From: Malacoraja senta
Lineage: Eukaryota
Length of the DNA: 64,000 nt
Reading direction: 5' to 3'
Assembly (NCBI GenBank): GCA_038087875.1
Contig: CM075987.1
Location: 16,120,001 to 16,184,000, forward strand
Position 1 is the first letter of the stretch; each line of letters starts with the position of its first letter. The notes below the pieces were generated by a model. That model was not told where the DNA came from. It saw only the letters and a program-made list of their open reading frames with translations, and made no database searches. The position numbers were made by a program, and so were the translations under genes. Of this stretch, positions 1-12,089 are shown piece after piece.

Positions 1-119
1 TTCAATCTGTAGTGAGCTAGATGGTCACAACCAGGAAGAGATGGGGGGAAAGGCTGGGACTCTGACTGTTAGGTTCCACAAATAGATGGTCTGAACAGTT
101 TGTATGGTCTGATAGGCTC

Positions 120-248
120 AGTCAGAGGAAGGGTCCTGACCCGAAATGTCACCTATCCGTGTTCTCCAAAAATGCCTGACCCGCTGAATTACTCCAGCAC
201 TCTGTGTCTTTTTTTGTAAACTAGCATCTGCAGTTTCTTGTTTCCACA
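120..248 (+). mobile_element. Single arm of the Penelope-like-derived repeat (decayed core)
   Basis: GGAAGGGTCCTGACCCGAAATGTCACC...CTGACCCGCTGAATTACTCCAGCA...GCATCTGCAGTT. Confidence 0.6.
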
Positions 249-1392
249 AGTCTGGATAGATTTGGGCTTTGCCAGGACCCCCAAACTCCCCTCCCATTGT
301 CTATTTTTTTTTGTGTTATCTGATGGTGCCATCACTGGTGATTTGAAAGGAAATTGGAGGAACAATTTTCTATCAGCACCTATTTTCTATGTTTCTATGA
401 TTCTATGAACTACAGAGGGAGAAATAACTGAACGATGGCTGGTTGTAGTCGAGAAAAAACATAAGATTAGGAACCGGAAAGTGAAGATATGGGCAAAAGA
501 TTGGCAAAGATGGGGCATATTGGTCAGAATAGAGGAGTTAGGCCAAAGGGCCTGTACCTGTGATGGACGAGGTAGACTAAAGGGCCTGTTTCTGTGGTGC
601 ATGACTTGGTGGCTCTTGCCCAAGGACCAACCTGGTAAAATAATCTAATATTTCCATAATGCTGATTGTGTAGATGAACACATGCAACTGCTCTTCCCTC
701 ATACTGGAGAACAAGTGGACATGCCAGATGTATTTCTTGATGGCGGAGGCAGCATTGTAGGCTCTGCCAGCATTTGCTTGCAGACATTACTGGCTTTGTA
801 CATTGATGAGATGCTCTTGGCCCACAATCCATGGGTCCCAGCTGCAGCCTACAATTAAACAAACTGATTGGCTGCCACATGAGCAGGACACTGACGTTTT
901 TCACTTGCAGGAAAACACTTGGAATGAGGGCAGGGAGTGATAGACAGACAGGGCAGAGTATCTGGCCTGGCCTGGCAATCAACTCGCTTATAATTGCAGT
1001 GAGTAACAGCTAATCTCTTTAACCAGCTTGTAGCAGTTTTGAACCTCTTCCTTTTGAATAAACCTTTCCAACCTAGACCACACTGATACCCTAACCATAG
1101 TCGAGGACTGTGTTATATTGTTTGACACCAGCTTGTCTTTCTTTAATGAAAGCACTTCTCGTCCCATTGTGTGTTTTCCTGGTGAGTTGCATTATATAAT
1201 TATTTCAGAGCTACTTAAGGGTGCAGCATGGTTGTCCTCTATCTTGCCAATAACCTCTGTGACCTGGAAGTGCTTGTATTTACTCCAACTTTTACATCCT
1301 TGTAATATTTATTCAAGTTCCAGTAAACCAGATTAAATGTACGTGCGTTACCTTTGTGCTTCAGCTTAAAACTTCAAAACAGGCCATCTGCA

Positions 1393-1660
1393 GGTCGAGA
1401 ACAAAGGGGGAACCGACGGGGGGGGGGGGGGGGGGGGGGGGAGGGTGGTATCGGGGGTCGGGAGGCCTGCTCTCACGTGAGGCGGCAGGCAGTAGATGGG
1501 ACGGTTCGGTGAACTTTTGTGTAACTTTGTTGGTGCCAAAAGATTGTGACACTTTTGTGCTGCCTGGGTGAGGTTTGCTACATGATTTTACCAGGTTGTA
1601 CACAAAACAAAACTTTTCACAGCACCTATGTACATGTGACAATAAAGTATTGAATTGAAT
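1393..1660 (+). repeat. Unclassified interspersed repeat with LINE-like tail and poly-G (1418-1441)
   Basis: GTCGAGAACAAAGGGGGAACCG...TACATGTGACAATAAAGTA; a reverse-oriented relative lies at ~39290-39530. Confidence 0.5.
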
Positions 1661-2032
1661 CATTGTATTCTGTTGATGCTGGTGCTTAAACTGCACGTGA
1701 GCTATTGACACCATGCTTCATTTATCCCCATGGGAATAATCCAGATGTCCAGTCTAGTAATCAAGGGATAAGAGTTCAAATTCATTGCAGCAAGTGGGTA
1801 ATTAGTTTAATCAGGAAGATAAATCTGTACCTGACTGATCTATCTTGATTCTTGCATGCCCTCTGAAATGACCTGGCAAGTATCTTTTTATTCAAAATAA
1901 CTCTAAGCATTGCAGTATGAGGGGCACTGTGCACTGTTGCAGGTGTGTCTCTGATGAAATGTAGACTAATGCCCTGTCTGCTCTCCAGCCATGCGAGACC
2001 AAACTTCAAAGAAGAGAACATCATTTTCATGG

Positions 2033-2273
2033 ATAGACACAAAGGCTGGCATAACTCAGCGGACAGGCAGCATCTCTGGATAGAAGGAATGGGTGACGTT
2101 TTGGGTCGACGCCCTTCTTCAGACTGCGAGTCAGGGGAGAGGGGAAACGAGAGATATGGAGGAAGGGTCTCGACCCAAAACGTCATCCATTCCTTCTATC
2201 CAGAGATGTTGCCTGAGTTACTCAGCATTTAGTATCTTCAGTGTAAACCAGCATCTGCAGTTCGTTGCTATAC
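2033..2273. mobile_element. Fold-back Penelope-like-derived repeat
   Basis: Same family: inverted GGGTC..GACCC-AAAACGTCA motifs on both strands and arms ending CCAGCATCTGCAGTTC. Confidence 0.65.
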
Positions 2274-2314
2274 ATATAATTTTCTGGGTTTTATTTACCC
2301 TTTATTCAACACTT

Positions 2315-2715
2315 AGAATCACAGAGCAGTGCAAGATGGAAAACAGGCCCTTCGGCCCAATTTATCCATGCCGACCAAGTAGGCATTCTAGGACTAGTCC
2401 AAATTGCTGCATTTGACCCATATCCCTCTAATTTCCTTCCTATCCATATAACTGTCCAAATATCTACTGAAAGTCATAATTGTATCTGCTTCTATGGCTT
2501 CCTCTGGCAGCTTATTCCAGATATGGGTTACTCTCTGAGTGGAAAAAGCTATCCCTCTGGTCTCTCTTAAATCTCTCAACTAAAACCTCTGCTCTATGGG
2601 GAAAGAGACTGCGAGTGATCACTTTACCCATACCCCTCATGAACTTGTATACTTCAATAAGGACATTCCTCATCCTCCTACGCTCTGGGGGGGGAAATGT
2701 TCCAGCCTATCCAGA
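2315..2715 (-). mobile_element. CR1-type LINE 3' region
   Basis: Minus-strand translation FSTQRVTHIWNKLPEEAIEADTIMTFSRYLDSYMD is a CR1 ORF2 C-terminal motif. Confidence 0.65.
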
Positions 2716-3071
2716 AAAAGATGATTATTTTAAAAAAAAGGTATTATTCAGTCATTGTTGTATTGCAGTACATATCATCTGTTGCAATTGCTATATCACA
2801 GCAGTGAATACACTTCAAAAACACTTCGTTGACAGTAAAATGTTTTGGGATATTCTGTAAGAGGTGGGAAATGGCTATCCGAATGCATTCTTCACCAGCA
2901 TTCCTAGCTTTCCCTTAAACATATCAACACAGCTTTCCTTAACCATTCTGTAGGGCAGTGTCTTCCATATTTTCCTCACTATCTATCTCACTGCACCAGA
3001 GGATATCTCTGTGCGGAAGACTTTAGAAACTCCAGAAATCCTCATCATAAAAGCATGAATTGATTGCAGCT

Positions 3072-3379
3072 GGGAGTCCAGAACCAGGGGTCACAGTTTA
3101 AGAATAAGGGGTAAGCCATTTAGAACGCAGACGAGGAAAAACTTTTTCACACAGAGAGTTGTGAATCTGTGGAATTCTCTGCCTCAGAGGGCGATGGAGG
3201 CTGGTACTCTGGATGCTTTCAAGAGAGAGCTAGACAGAGCTCTTAAAGATAGCGGAGTCAAGGGATATGGGGAGACGGCAGGAATGAGGTACTGATTGTG
3301 GATGATCAGCCATGATCACATTGAATGGCGGTGCTAGCTTAAAGGGCCGAATGGCCTACTCCTGCATCTATTGTCTATT
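3072..3379 (+). mobile_element. CR1-type LINE 3' end, same young subfamily as 52853-53378
   Basis: Closely matches 53066-53378 by eye (GGGAGTCCAGAACCAGGGG...GGGCCGAATGGCCTACTCCTGC...CTATTGTCTAT). Confidence 0.88.
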
Positions 3380-5899
3380 TTGAGGGATTTGAAAGGGTTA
3401 ATAATAGTTGGGAGCAGAGATGCTAATTAGATGCTTTGATTGCCGGAAGTTCACAAGTTGCCGAATGAATATAATATTTTGCGGTTAACAAAACATACAC
3501 TCTGCATTTATGTTTGCAAATCCCTTAAAGGTCAGTAATACAGAAGATGTGGACAGCTGAGTTACATGATTTGTGGAGTGGAGCACAACATATCCCGTGC
3601 ACTCAAGGCAAGGAAGCGTTAGCACAGTCTAGTTACCCTATGGGAATATCATTATAGGGGATCCTGGGCAAGATCAAGGTCCATGTCACTTGAGGACAGG
3701 AAACTAGGTAAGACATTGCCAGAACAAAGCAGAGCATGTATGATATGGGCAATAGTTTGAATAATTAATTAAAAGTTGTAACCAGATTAATGAAGCAAGT
3801 TTGGATGGAGTTGCGCCTCTGTGCACATGGTAAGGTCAAGCCAACGTGATGGGAGAGATGGAGAAATCGCATTGATTAATGTTGAGGAATTGTTGCCCGG
3901 GTGATAAAATGCAAAGATGCTGTTCCTTATGACCCCAGCATACAAGCTCCTTGTTTGAACATCATGAAACCAATGCAGATTAACATTGCTGGCATGGTTC
4001 TTTTCCTCTTTATCTTCCCCAAGCAAGTTCCACAAGGATTACACAGGAGCCCATGTATTCCGAGTCTAGTGGATGACACCAGACATTGCCTTGGCCAAGG
4101 ACTCTCCTCATTGTTGAGGCAAAGCAGCTCTAAAGTGATGCTCTTGGCAATGAAAGATCTACAATTTGTAAGCCCTCCTGTGAACTCGGCAAAATAGCAT
4201 TGGATTTTCACAGTCTAAGGACAGGTGTCCTTAGATCTGCTGTCTGGTACCAGGTAAACAAGTACAGCCTATTCCATGTTTGGGTTGTTGGCAACTAATC
4301 TGACATTGTCGACCCAGGCTAGCCCAGGTGCAAAGGAGGTGCAGACTCCCAGTGAGTCTGAAACCACCTGTCAAAGTGGAGATGAATTACCCATGAGCTC
4401 TGGCCATTTGTACCTGGAGAGAAGATGGGTGTCAATGAATCAAAGCAGCTCTAAACTGCTCACACGGGATCATTTGAGCCAACACTTGGTGAAACAAGAT
4501 GAGCATATGCTGGGCGGAGGAGGTTTATGGCAGCATCTAAGTGATCCATGATCAAAGTTGCATCCGTCAAGAGTGCTTAATGTCATATATATTGAAATAG
4601 AATAATGGATCATTGAAATTTGCGCTTGCAGTGTTGACTTACATCAATGTTGACTCAACCACACAATATTGGCAACAGGCATGTATCAGCTGTTGCACTT
4701 TGCACTTTTTGCCTGCTATAATAACAAATGGCTCGGCTCAGTCTGAACTATGCAGCAGATCCTGTGCCACATCAATGATGCCTCCAGAATCAGTGGATTG
4801 GTGGAGGTTCAGAGTGCATCTCGAACAGATGAGATGTGTAGTGTACGACTTGCAGTGGTCAACGTCTGACAAACTGCTAACCAACAAGTTCTGAAAGATT
4901 GGACAAATGGAAAGGAAATGTTGGCTTGGAAATTGATGGCACTGAATAAGAAAGGCACTGGGTAATGCATCCCCAAGAAGTGAAAAGCTTGTATCTGCAT
5001 AAGGACCATGAAATCATTGATCTGCTTTAAAAAAAAACTTCATCTAGTTCACTAAGTCCCTTTGGGGAAGGAGGTCGTGATCATTTTTTTTTAAGTAAAA
5101 AAAAAATTCATCCGTATCCCAGCTGGAGAAAGAATTTGGGGAGGACAGTAAATTCTGACAGCCCTTACATAAAACATGTTGCATCATGATTGGTAAACGG
5201 TGATTAAAAATGAGAATTATGGAATATATTTCTTTGCACCATTGGTTCAAAAAAGTTCTCAAATAACAAAAACATAATTTCTGCATGAATCGCAAACTGT
5301 GATTAAGAACAGATGGAACAACAAGATGGGATCCAAAAAAACCACTGGTTTAAAAAACAAACCTGGTATCTCTTAATCAAAACCAGGATTTGATTAATTT
5401 GGATTGGATTCAATTTATTGTCATTGTCTCATAAGAGACAACGAAATGCTATTTTCCTTACAGTCATGCAAATAAAAAAAGCACAAAACACAGAAGTCCA
5501 CGACACAACATCCCCACAGCGGCACCAAAGTTCCCCCACTGTGAGGGAAGGAACCAAAGTCCAGACAATCTCCTCGCTGATCTTCCCAGATGTTCTTATG
5601 ATCAACACACCCTTGTTGACCTGCCATAGGCTCACAGGTTTTGTCATTAAGGCCCAATGGCTTATTGTCTCCCTTCAAGAGGATCTTGCCATCTTGGTCT
5701 GCAGTCATAAAATATATGTCTCTGAGTCAAACTTTGTATGATGTTGCTCCTGGTGAGGTCCTTGGGATATTTGGTTATGTTGGAGATGTTTTAAATACAA
5801 GTAGTGGTTGGAATGCATGTACTGTCAATCACGGGCCTTACCTTCAGGATGTCAATGTACGGATAGACCTTAACAGGACAGTCTCAAAAATAATACTGT

Positions 5900-6412
5900 A
5901 GTTCAGTTTAGAGATACAGCGCAGAAACAGGCCCTTCGGCACACCTAGTCAGTGCTGAGCAGTGATCCCAACACTATACTACACACCAACACTATACTAC
6001 ACACACTAGCGACAATTTACAATTATACCAAGCCAATTAACCTACAAACCTGTACGGCTTTGGAATGTGGGAGGAAACCAGAGCTCCCAGAGAAAACCCA
6101 CGCAGGTCATGGGGAGAACATACAAACTCCATACACACAGCAGCCTTAATCAGATCGAACTTGGGTCTCTGGCACTGTAAAGGGCCTGTCCTACTTGGGC
6201 GTCATTTGCACGTCACGCAGATGGCACGCAAAGATTTTGTACATCCCAAAATCCTGGGGCGCCGCGCGCGCCGCACGTCACTGCCTACTTCACCACGCAC
6301 CATGCGCGCATCACGTGCGCGGCACGACTCATGCGTCGTATCGCGTAAATGATGTCGCGTAAATGAGGCCCAAGTGGGACAGGCCTTAGGCAGCAACTCT
6401 TTTGCTGCGCCA
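5900..6412 (-). mobile_element. HE1-like SINE interrupted by a MITE
   Basis: Reverse complement of the SINE (AGTTTAGAGATACAGCGCAGAAACAGGCCCTTCGG...GGGAGGAAACC...GGCAGCAACTCT..GCTGCGCCAC). Confidence 0.75.
6181..6386. mobile_element. PIF/Harbinger-type MITE inserted in a SINE
   Basis: TIR AGGGCCTGTCCTACTTGGGC / GCCCAAGTGGGACAGGCCT; inserted at TAA of the SINE sequence GGCACTG-TAA-GGCAGCAACTC; CpG-rich palindromic interior. Confidence 0.75.
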
Positions 6413-6865
6413 CAAAATAATTTCTGCCATTTCCCACATTTCTGTCTTGCCTATTAGCAGTGTTAAGTAATTAAGAGTTGCTGCAAGCACTTGGGTTTCA
6501 CCTGAAATTGCTAATTGTTGCTCAGTAGCTGGAAATCTCAGCGAGTGCAAAATGAAATAGATTCACAGGAAACCAGCAATGTGCTGATGGGTGGGGCTGC
6601 TGCTTGTGCCTGTTTGAGGAAAACAACAGAGATCCCTTCATCCTCCCCTGCCGGCTGTCTGCTCCCTCAGCCTTCATTTGGCTTTATCTCTTGCTCATTT
6701 AAAGTTGGGAACTTCTGTGAAAGTGCATAACTACCGACCCTGGCCCACTTGCATTCATCACACACTGAGTCTGCAGAGTCAACAGGTCATTTTGCCATGA
6801 AGGTTAATAATTTATCAATCCTGTTCCTCCAATCCCCAAATAAACTCATATTTATACCAATGACA

Positions 6866-7050
6866 GATACAAAATGCTGGAGCAGCACAGCGGGTCAGGC
6901 AGCATCTCTAGATGATAGTCTGAAGAAGGGTCCCGACTTGAAACATCACCTATCCATATTCTTCAGAGATGCTGCCTGACCCATTCAGTTGTTCCAGCAT
7001 TTTGTGTCTATCTTTGATATAAACCAGCATCTACAGTTCATTTGTATTAC
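6866..7050. mobile_element. Fold-back Penelope-like-derived repeat
   Basis: Inverted arms (CAAAATGCTGGA...GGCAGCATCTCT / AGAGATGCTGCC...CCAGCATTTTG) with CTGAAGAAGGGTCCCGACTTGAAAC; 16-bp TSD ATTTATACCAATGACA. Confidence 0.68.
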
Positions 7051-7289
7051 ATTTATACCAATGACATTGAGCTCAGTTATAACGTGCAGAGTTTATATAA
7101 AAAATACAATGATCTCAGAAGAGCCCTGGCACTTTAGAGCTTTCTGAGTGTTTTGAAGTATGGTAACTATTGTAATGTAAGAAATACACTAGTAATTTTT
7201 GTCCACAACCAAGATATCACATATGAGCATGGTAATAAAGATGAGAGACAGCAAAACAGTGATCTTCCAACCAGCAGTGTAAAAAGCAA

Positions 7290-7430
7290 AATGCTGGAGG
7301 ATACACAAGGCATTGCAGGTGCTTGTTTATCAAAAAAGGCACAGGGTGCTGGAGTAACTCAGCGGATCAGGCAGCATCTCTAGAGAACATGGATAGGCGA
7401 TGTTTCGGGTCGGGACCCTTCTTCAGACTG
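7290..7430 (-). mobile_element. Single arm of the Penelope-like-derived repeat
   Basis: Reverse complement reads AGTCTGAAGAAGGGTCCCGACCCGAAACATCGCC...GATGCTGCCTGA. Confidence 0.6.
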
Positions 7431-8099
7431 TTGTAGGGGGATAAAGCTGGAAGTGCACAGAGGGGGTGTTGTGAAATACAGTCTCACAGAACTTTTGTGA
7501 GGGAGTGGAGGAGAACTTCATCAAAGTAGGCATACCTTGAGGAGATACTGCAGTGGAGCAGTAAAATGAGCTCAGCAGGCCAGCAGTACCTGTGAGGGAA
7601 ATGGACAATGTCAGATTCAACAAATTCTCTCCACAGGAAAATGCTGAACTGATGATATAATGCTGGCGATAACCTTATAGGAACATTTGGCTCCTATGAA
7701 TGGACACGATAGCAGAAGCCATTCCTTGCTGGGAAGTATGGGGTCAACTCAACTAATTCTGCTGAGTAAGCAAATGAACCCATCAGGGGTACCCTGCAGG
7801 TTCAAAGGGAACCAACCTAAGAATACATTTTCCCTTTCCATCTATAATACTTGGACATGTCGCATTGTTTAAATGAGTTAAGGGCAATTAATAAGTGGAT
7901 TCATAAGGTGCACAGAAATAGGATGTTGTACATAATCGAGGCTCCTGTGATTATTTGTCACTGATCTTGTCTGTATTAGACATTATTGCAGGGAACAAAC
8001 CAAGTTTAGCAGATGATTTTGTGTATCGTTGCTAATGTTAAGTGGGTAGTATTGATTCATTCTCCTGTTATACTTCATCAAACAGATTCCTGATATCAT

Positions 8100-8488
8100 G
8101 GGTTTGTTGTACGAGGAAGATTATCTAGAGCTTGGAAGAATGAGAGGTGATCTCGTTGAATCATACAAATTCTTATTAAGTTTGACAGGGTAGGTGCAGA
8201 ATGCTGCTTACCTAACTTGTGGTATCTAGAACACAGTCTTTAAATCGGGTTGGTCATTCTGAACTCAAGAAGAAGTTTGTTCACTTAAGGGGTTGGGAAT
8301 TTATCTTCCCAAGTAGACTGTGGAGGCTCAGCTGCTGAGTATGTAAACCAAAAGATCGATAGATTTTGGGACATTGAGGGTATCAAAGGGTATGGGTTCG
8401 TGCAAGAAAGTGGCACTGACGGAAAAGATCAGCGACGATATTATTGATTGGTAGAGCAGGTGCGAGGAGCTGACTGGCCTACTCCTGC
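8100..8488 (+). mobile_element. Old CR1-type LINE 3' region
   Basis: GAAGAATGAGAGGTGATCTCGTTGAA...ACTGTGGAGGCTCAG...GGCCTACTCCTGCT. Confidence 0.6.
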
Positions 8489-9436
8489 TTATGCAGCTTA
8501 AGTTCTTTCTGCTGAATGCAAAATGGAATGGAATGTACAGTGAGCAGCCGAGTCAGTACTTGCTGCGTGATGCCATGAAGTGGAAAAAAAAAACCTTCTC
8601 TCCCTGGGACATCCATTTTTGGCCTTGTGCTTAATGACATCTCAACTATGGTATGAGCAATGCCTGGTGATTGAAGAGGGAACCGTTTCCCATTTATACC
8701 TTCTCTCAACGACGGACAACTTGGCAATTAATTTTGACGGGAAAAGTAGAAGCAGAGTATGAGGAACAGACAGACATGGATGAAAAAAGGGATGTGTGAC
8801 CAACCTCTGTGAAAAAGCAGTCGCAAGAGTGTAAGTGGCCACCCTGTGCTGTAAACTTTCATGATCCTTCAGCTCTAACTTTGTCGCCATCACCACCTGA
8901 CAGAATTTGACGATGAAATGTGGGACAGTTTAACGACAGCTACACATACTCATTACTTGACTCTGATGTGGAGCTGAGATTTTGTGAATCACGTCACCGC
9001 TTGAACAGGGTTCAAGAAAAATAATTGCAGAAAGACTGAGCATTTTCCATTGTCTCACTTGGCTGAAATCATACAAGATGTTTGGATGAAGAAGGGTTGT
9101 CAGTCAATTTTATTTCATTCTTCCAGAATGCCAACTCTACTCTTGCCCTGATATAGCATTGAGCTGTTTCTTGAATGAGATCAGTGTTCTGGTCCTGACA
9201 AGATTTCCCGGCAATGAACTTCAGCTGTTGATCACGTTCCTGCTGGCATCTGTCCCAAATTTGGCTTATCATAGTCAGATGGTGTGTGCATCAGCTCCTG
9301 CTAAGGCAGTTCAATGAGGAAAGTGACACTAAACTACAGAAACCAAGCTGTGTTGGAGACAGCCAGTACCAAGTTTAATGGAAATAAATAAGCCGTGTAT
9401 AATCTTCAGAGAAAAAAATTGTATTTTAAAAGAAAA

Positions 9437-10634
9437 TCTGTACGACAACTAAAACTCTGATCTTGTGCTCTTCCAGTTTGCGCGGATTTTCTATTTTGCG
9501 CGAAAACGGTACATGATAGCGTTCCGATTTTTCACCTGCATACTCACCGTTCATCTGTGCTGCGAGTGCAACAAGTTTCATTCGGATCGATGGAATATTG
9601 TGAAAGTTATTAATGTTTATAAATCTTAAAAACCGCACATGTGCAGATTGCTGTCAGTCACTGCCACTCAGATTGGTCTCTCCTGTCAGTCTCCTGTTCC
9701 TGGCAATATCGCCGCACTGTTTGGCCAATGTCAGGGCCTGGACTGCATCCCAGGCCGCGGCCGTGCTGAGGGTCAGAGTCGCGCCTAAGCCCGGGGCCTG
9801 GTCATGGTGTACCAGTGCCTCGGGGGCCGCCCGGCCGCCATCATCCTGGTGCACAGCCTCCGCTTCCTGATCTGCGGGCAGCTCTGGCTCGGCACAACAA
9901 GCCCGGCTCTGTCGAGGCACAGGTCCTCGAGTGCTTCAGCCGCCAACAGCCAGGGCCGGGCCGAGTACGAGAACCAGGCCGAGTTCCAGGCCCTGGCGCT
10001 GCACTGCGACCTGGGTAGGTGCTGGGCAGGGAATTGGAGTGAGGGGAGGAGGATGAGGGAAATGGGGAGGAGGGAGATGGGATGGTAGAGGGAGAATGAG
10101 GGGGGGGCAGCACCGAGCCCCGCTATCTACCCGCTGGCGAGGGACAACCGATGGGCAGCGCTCCAGTGGCTCCTGCCCGCTGGGCGCGGACACCGGGAGC
10201 GGCCCTAATGCACCGCAACATTACACGGAGAGAGGGAGCGCTGTAGCCCCGGCCCACAGCATGGGGGTGGGGAGCGAGAGAGAGAGAGAGCGATGAGGGA
10301 GGGAGGGGAGGGAGGGGAGGGGGAGAGGAAAGAGAGGGGGGAGAGTGGGATGAGGGGGGGGGGGGGGGAGGGAGGGAGGGGGGAAAGAGGTGGGGAGGGA
10401 GTGGGGTAGAGGGCTTGTGGAGTGCAGGGGGTAGGGAGGGGGGTAGAAGGGAGAGGGGGACAGGGAAGGGTGGATTTGATGGGGGGACAGGCGTGAGTGG
10501 TGGAATATTGCGTTGGGGGAATGTGTTGCGTTGGGGGAACGGGTGAGTGGTGGAATATTGCGTTGAGGAACGGATTGCGTTGGGGGACCAGGCCTCCCGT
10601 GTGACAGGGATCCAATGCGTCCCACTTAGTCTAG
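9437..10634 (+). mobile_element. Non-autonomous Helitron (rolling-circle) element
   Basis: 5' A|TCTGTACGACAACTAAAACTCTGATCTTG; 3' imperfect hairpin GGGATCC-AAT-GCGTCCC (10607-10623) ending 11 nt before the terminal ...TAGTCTAG|T. Inserted between A and T with no TSD. Subterminal repeats GTGAGTGGTGGAATATTGCGTTG. Sharp GC/CpG contrast with flanks. Confidence 0.72.
9795..10014 (+). pseudogene. Coding-exon-like fragment inside the Helitron (unidentified source gene)
   Basis: 30 consecutive codons (9804-9893) and 25 consecutive codons (9939-10013) all end in G/C. The segment between them shows the same bias in a shifted frame. Ends at donor-like CTGG|GTAGGT. Confidence 0.55.
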
Positions 10635-10943
10635 TATCTTTTAAAATTCAGTGTTCTGAAAAAGCGGAAGTAATTTCTCATCCAGCTTTGAAATTACGGA
10701 ATTGAGTTGCAAAGAAATAAGTCCATTCATCCTATTGAGTCATACCAAGCAAGAAGCACTCGTTTTACTAACTATGCCTATTATAGATACCTGTCTGACT
10801 CTTCACTCCTCACTCCCCTTTCTATTAACTGAGTTAATAGCTGTTAATTTCAATTACAGTATTTTAAATCTGATCTTTAAATGAAGTCGGGATTATTAGG
10901 TTGTATAGAGCAAAGATAATTAATAAGAGATTTAGTTTAAATC

Positions 10944-10944
<1 letters not shown>

Positions 10945-10985
<41 letters not shown>
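10945..10985. repeat. Poly-C homopolymer (41 nt)
   Basis: Direct reading; next to the gap. Confidence 0.9.
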
Positions 10986-10986
<1 letters not shown>

Positions 10987-11100
10987 TGCTCACTGACCCA
11001 CCCTTGTTCCCAGTTAAACAATGCAACAGCATTAAAACATCTCATCACTCTTTCCAAATCCCTTCAGGATATGAACCCCCCTCCCGCTTCCTTTTGTCTC

Positions 11101-11300
11101 NNNNNNNNNNNNNNNNNNNNNNNNNNNNNNNNNNNNNNNNNNNNNNNNNNNNNNNNNNNNNNNNNNNNNNNNNNNNNNNNNNNNNNNNNNNNNNNNNNNN
11201 NNNNNNNNNNNNNNNNNNNNNNNNNNNNNNNNNNNNNNNNNNNNNNNNNNNNNNNNNNNNNNNNNNNNNNNNNNNNNNNNNNNNNNNNNNNNNNNNNNNN
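11101..11300. other. Assembly gap (200 N)
   Basis: Run of N, flanked by an exact 107-bp duplication. Confidence 0.99.
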
Positions 11301-12089
11301 TGACCCACCCTTGTTCCCAGTTAAACAATGCAACAGCATTAAAACATCTCATCACTCTTTCCAAATCCCTTCAGGATATGAACCCCCCTCCCGCTTCCTT
11401 TTGTCTCTACATCTTCCAACTCCCAGATTTCACCACTCCTCCAATTCTTACTTCCTGTTTGTTCCCTGGATTTAATTGCTGCAGAAACTCTGGAATTCTC
11501 TCTACCACTCTGTCTCTGTCTGGATTTAAGAAGCTCCTTAACAAACTCTCTTGACGATGTAGCCTTTGGGCTACTGTCCTAATAATATCTCCTGATGGAG
11601 CTTTAGTTTGAGAAACCCCTGTTGAAATACCTTGGAGTTTTTTTGCAGCATTAAATGCACAATGTTACCTGTAGATAAAATCTCACAGCCAATGCAGCCT
11701 TTAAAAAAATTATTGTATGCTGTTGTGAGAGAGAATCATTGTGGGGGACTGTTAGTTCAGAATAAAGACCCACAAACAGCAAATGAAAATGCAGCTGGCT
11801 GCTCAACTTTATTTACAGTTCCGTCCATATGTTAACCAGGAAACGATTTGATGATGGTAACGTCGTTTCAGTGCCATGAGTGCTTTTCACCCAAACACCT
11901 GCAGAAACACAGTGCTCTCTCTGTGCGACAGTGAGCGCTGATGTGAGATTGTACAACTGCCACTTGAAGCCTCAGAAGTCAGTATCCTGCTGATTAAGCA
12001 GAGTTAACGCCAACACGCTCAACTGGAAATGCTGGGTGAGGATGGGATCAAGAATCCAAGGATGCTTTTTTTTCATTTGAACAGAAAAC

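Noticed and set aside
9127-9280. Acceptor-like TTTCATTCTTCCAG followed by a ~50-codon open frame
   Set aside because: No recognisable protein, weak donor, no partner exons.
9804-10014. GC-rich ORF as an upstream first exon of RALGDS
   Set aside because: Its donor is phase 1 in the ATG frame while exon 2 needs phase 0; it has no RalGDS similarity; codon bias switches frame internally; it lies within Helitron ends.
10205-10625. Proline-rich minus-strand ORFs of 134-136 aa
   Set aside because: Translation of the low-complexity G-rich tract; no coding signal.
10986-11475. ORFs containing X runs
   Set aside because: Artifacts of translating through the N gap.
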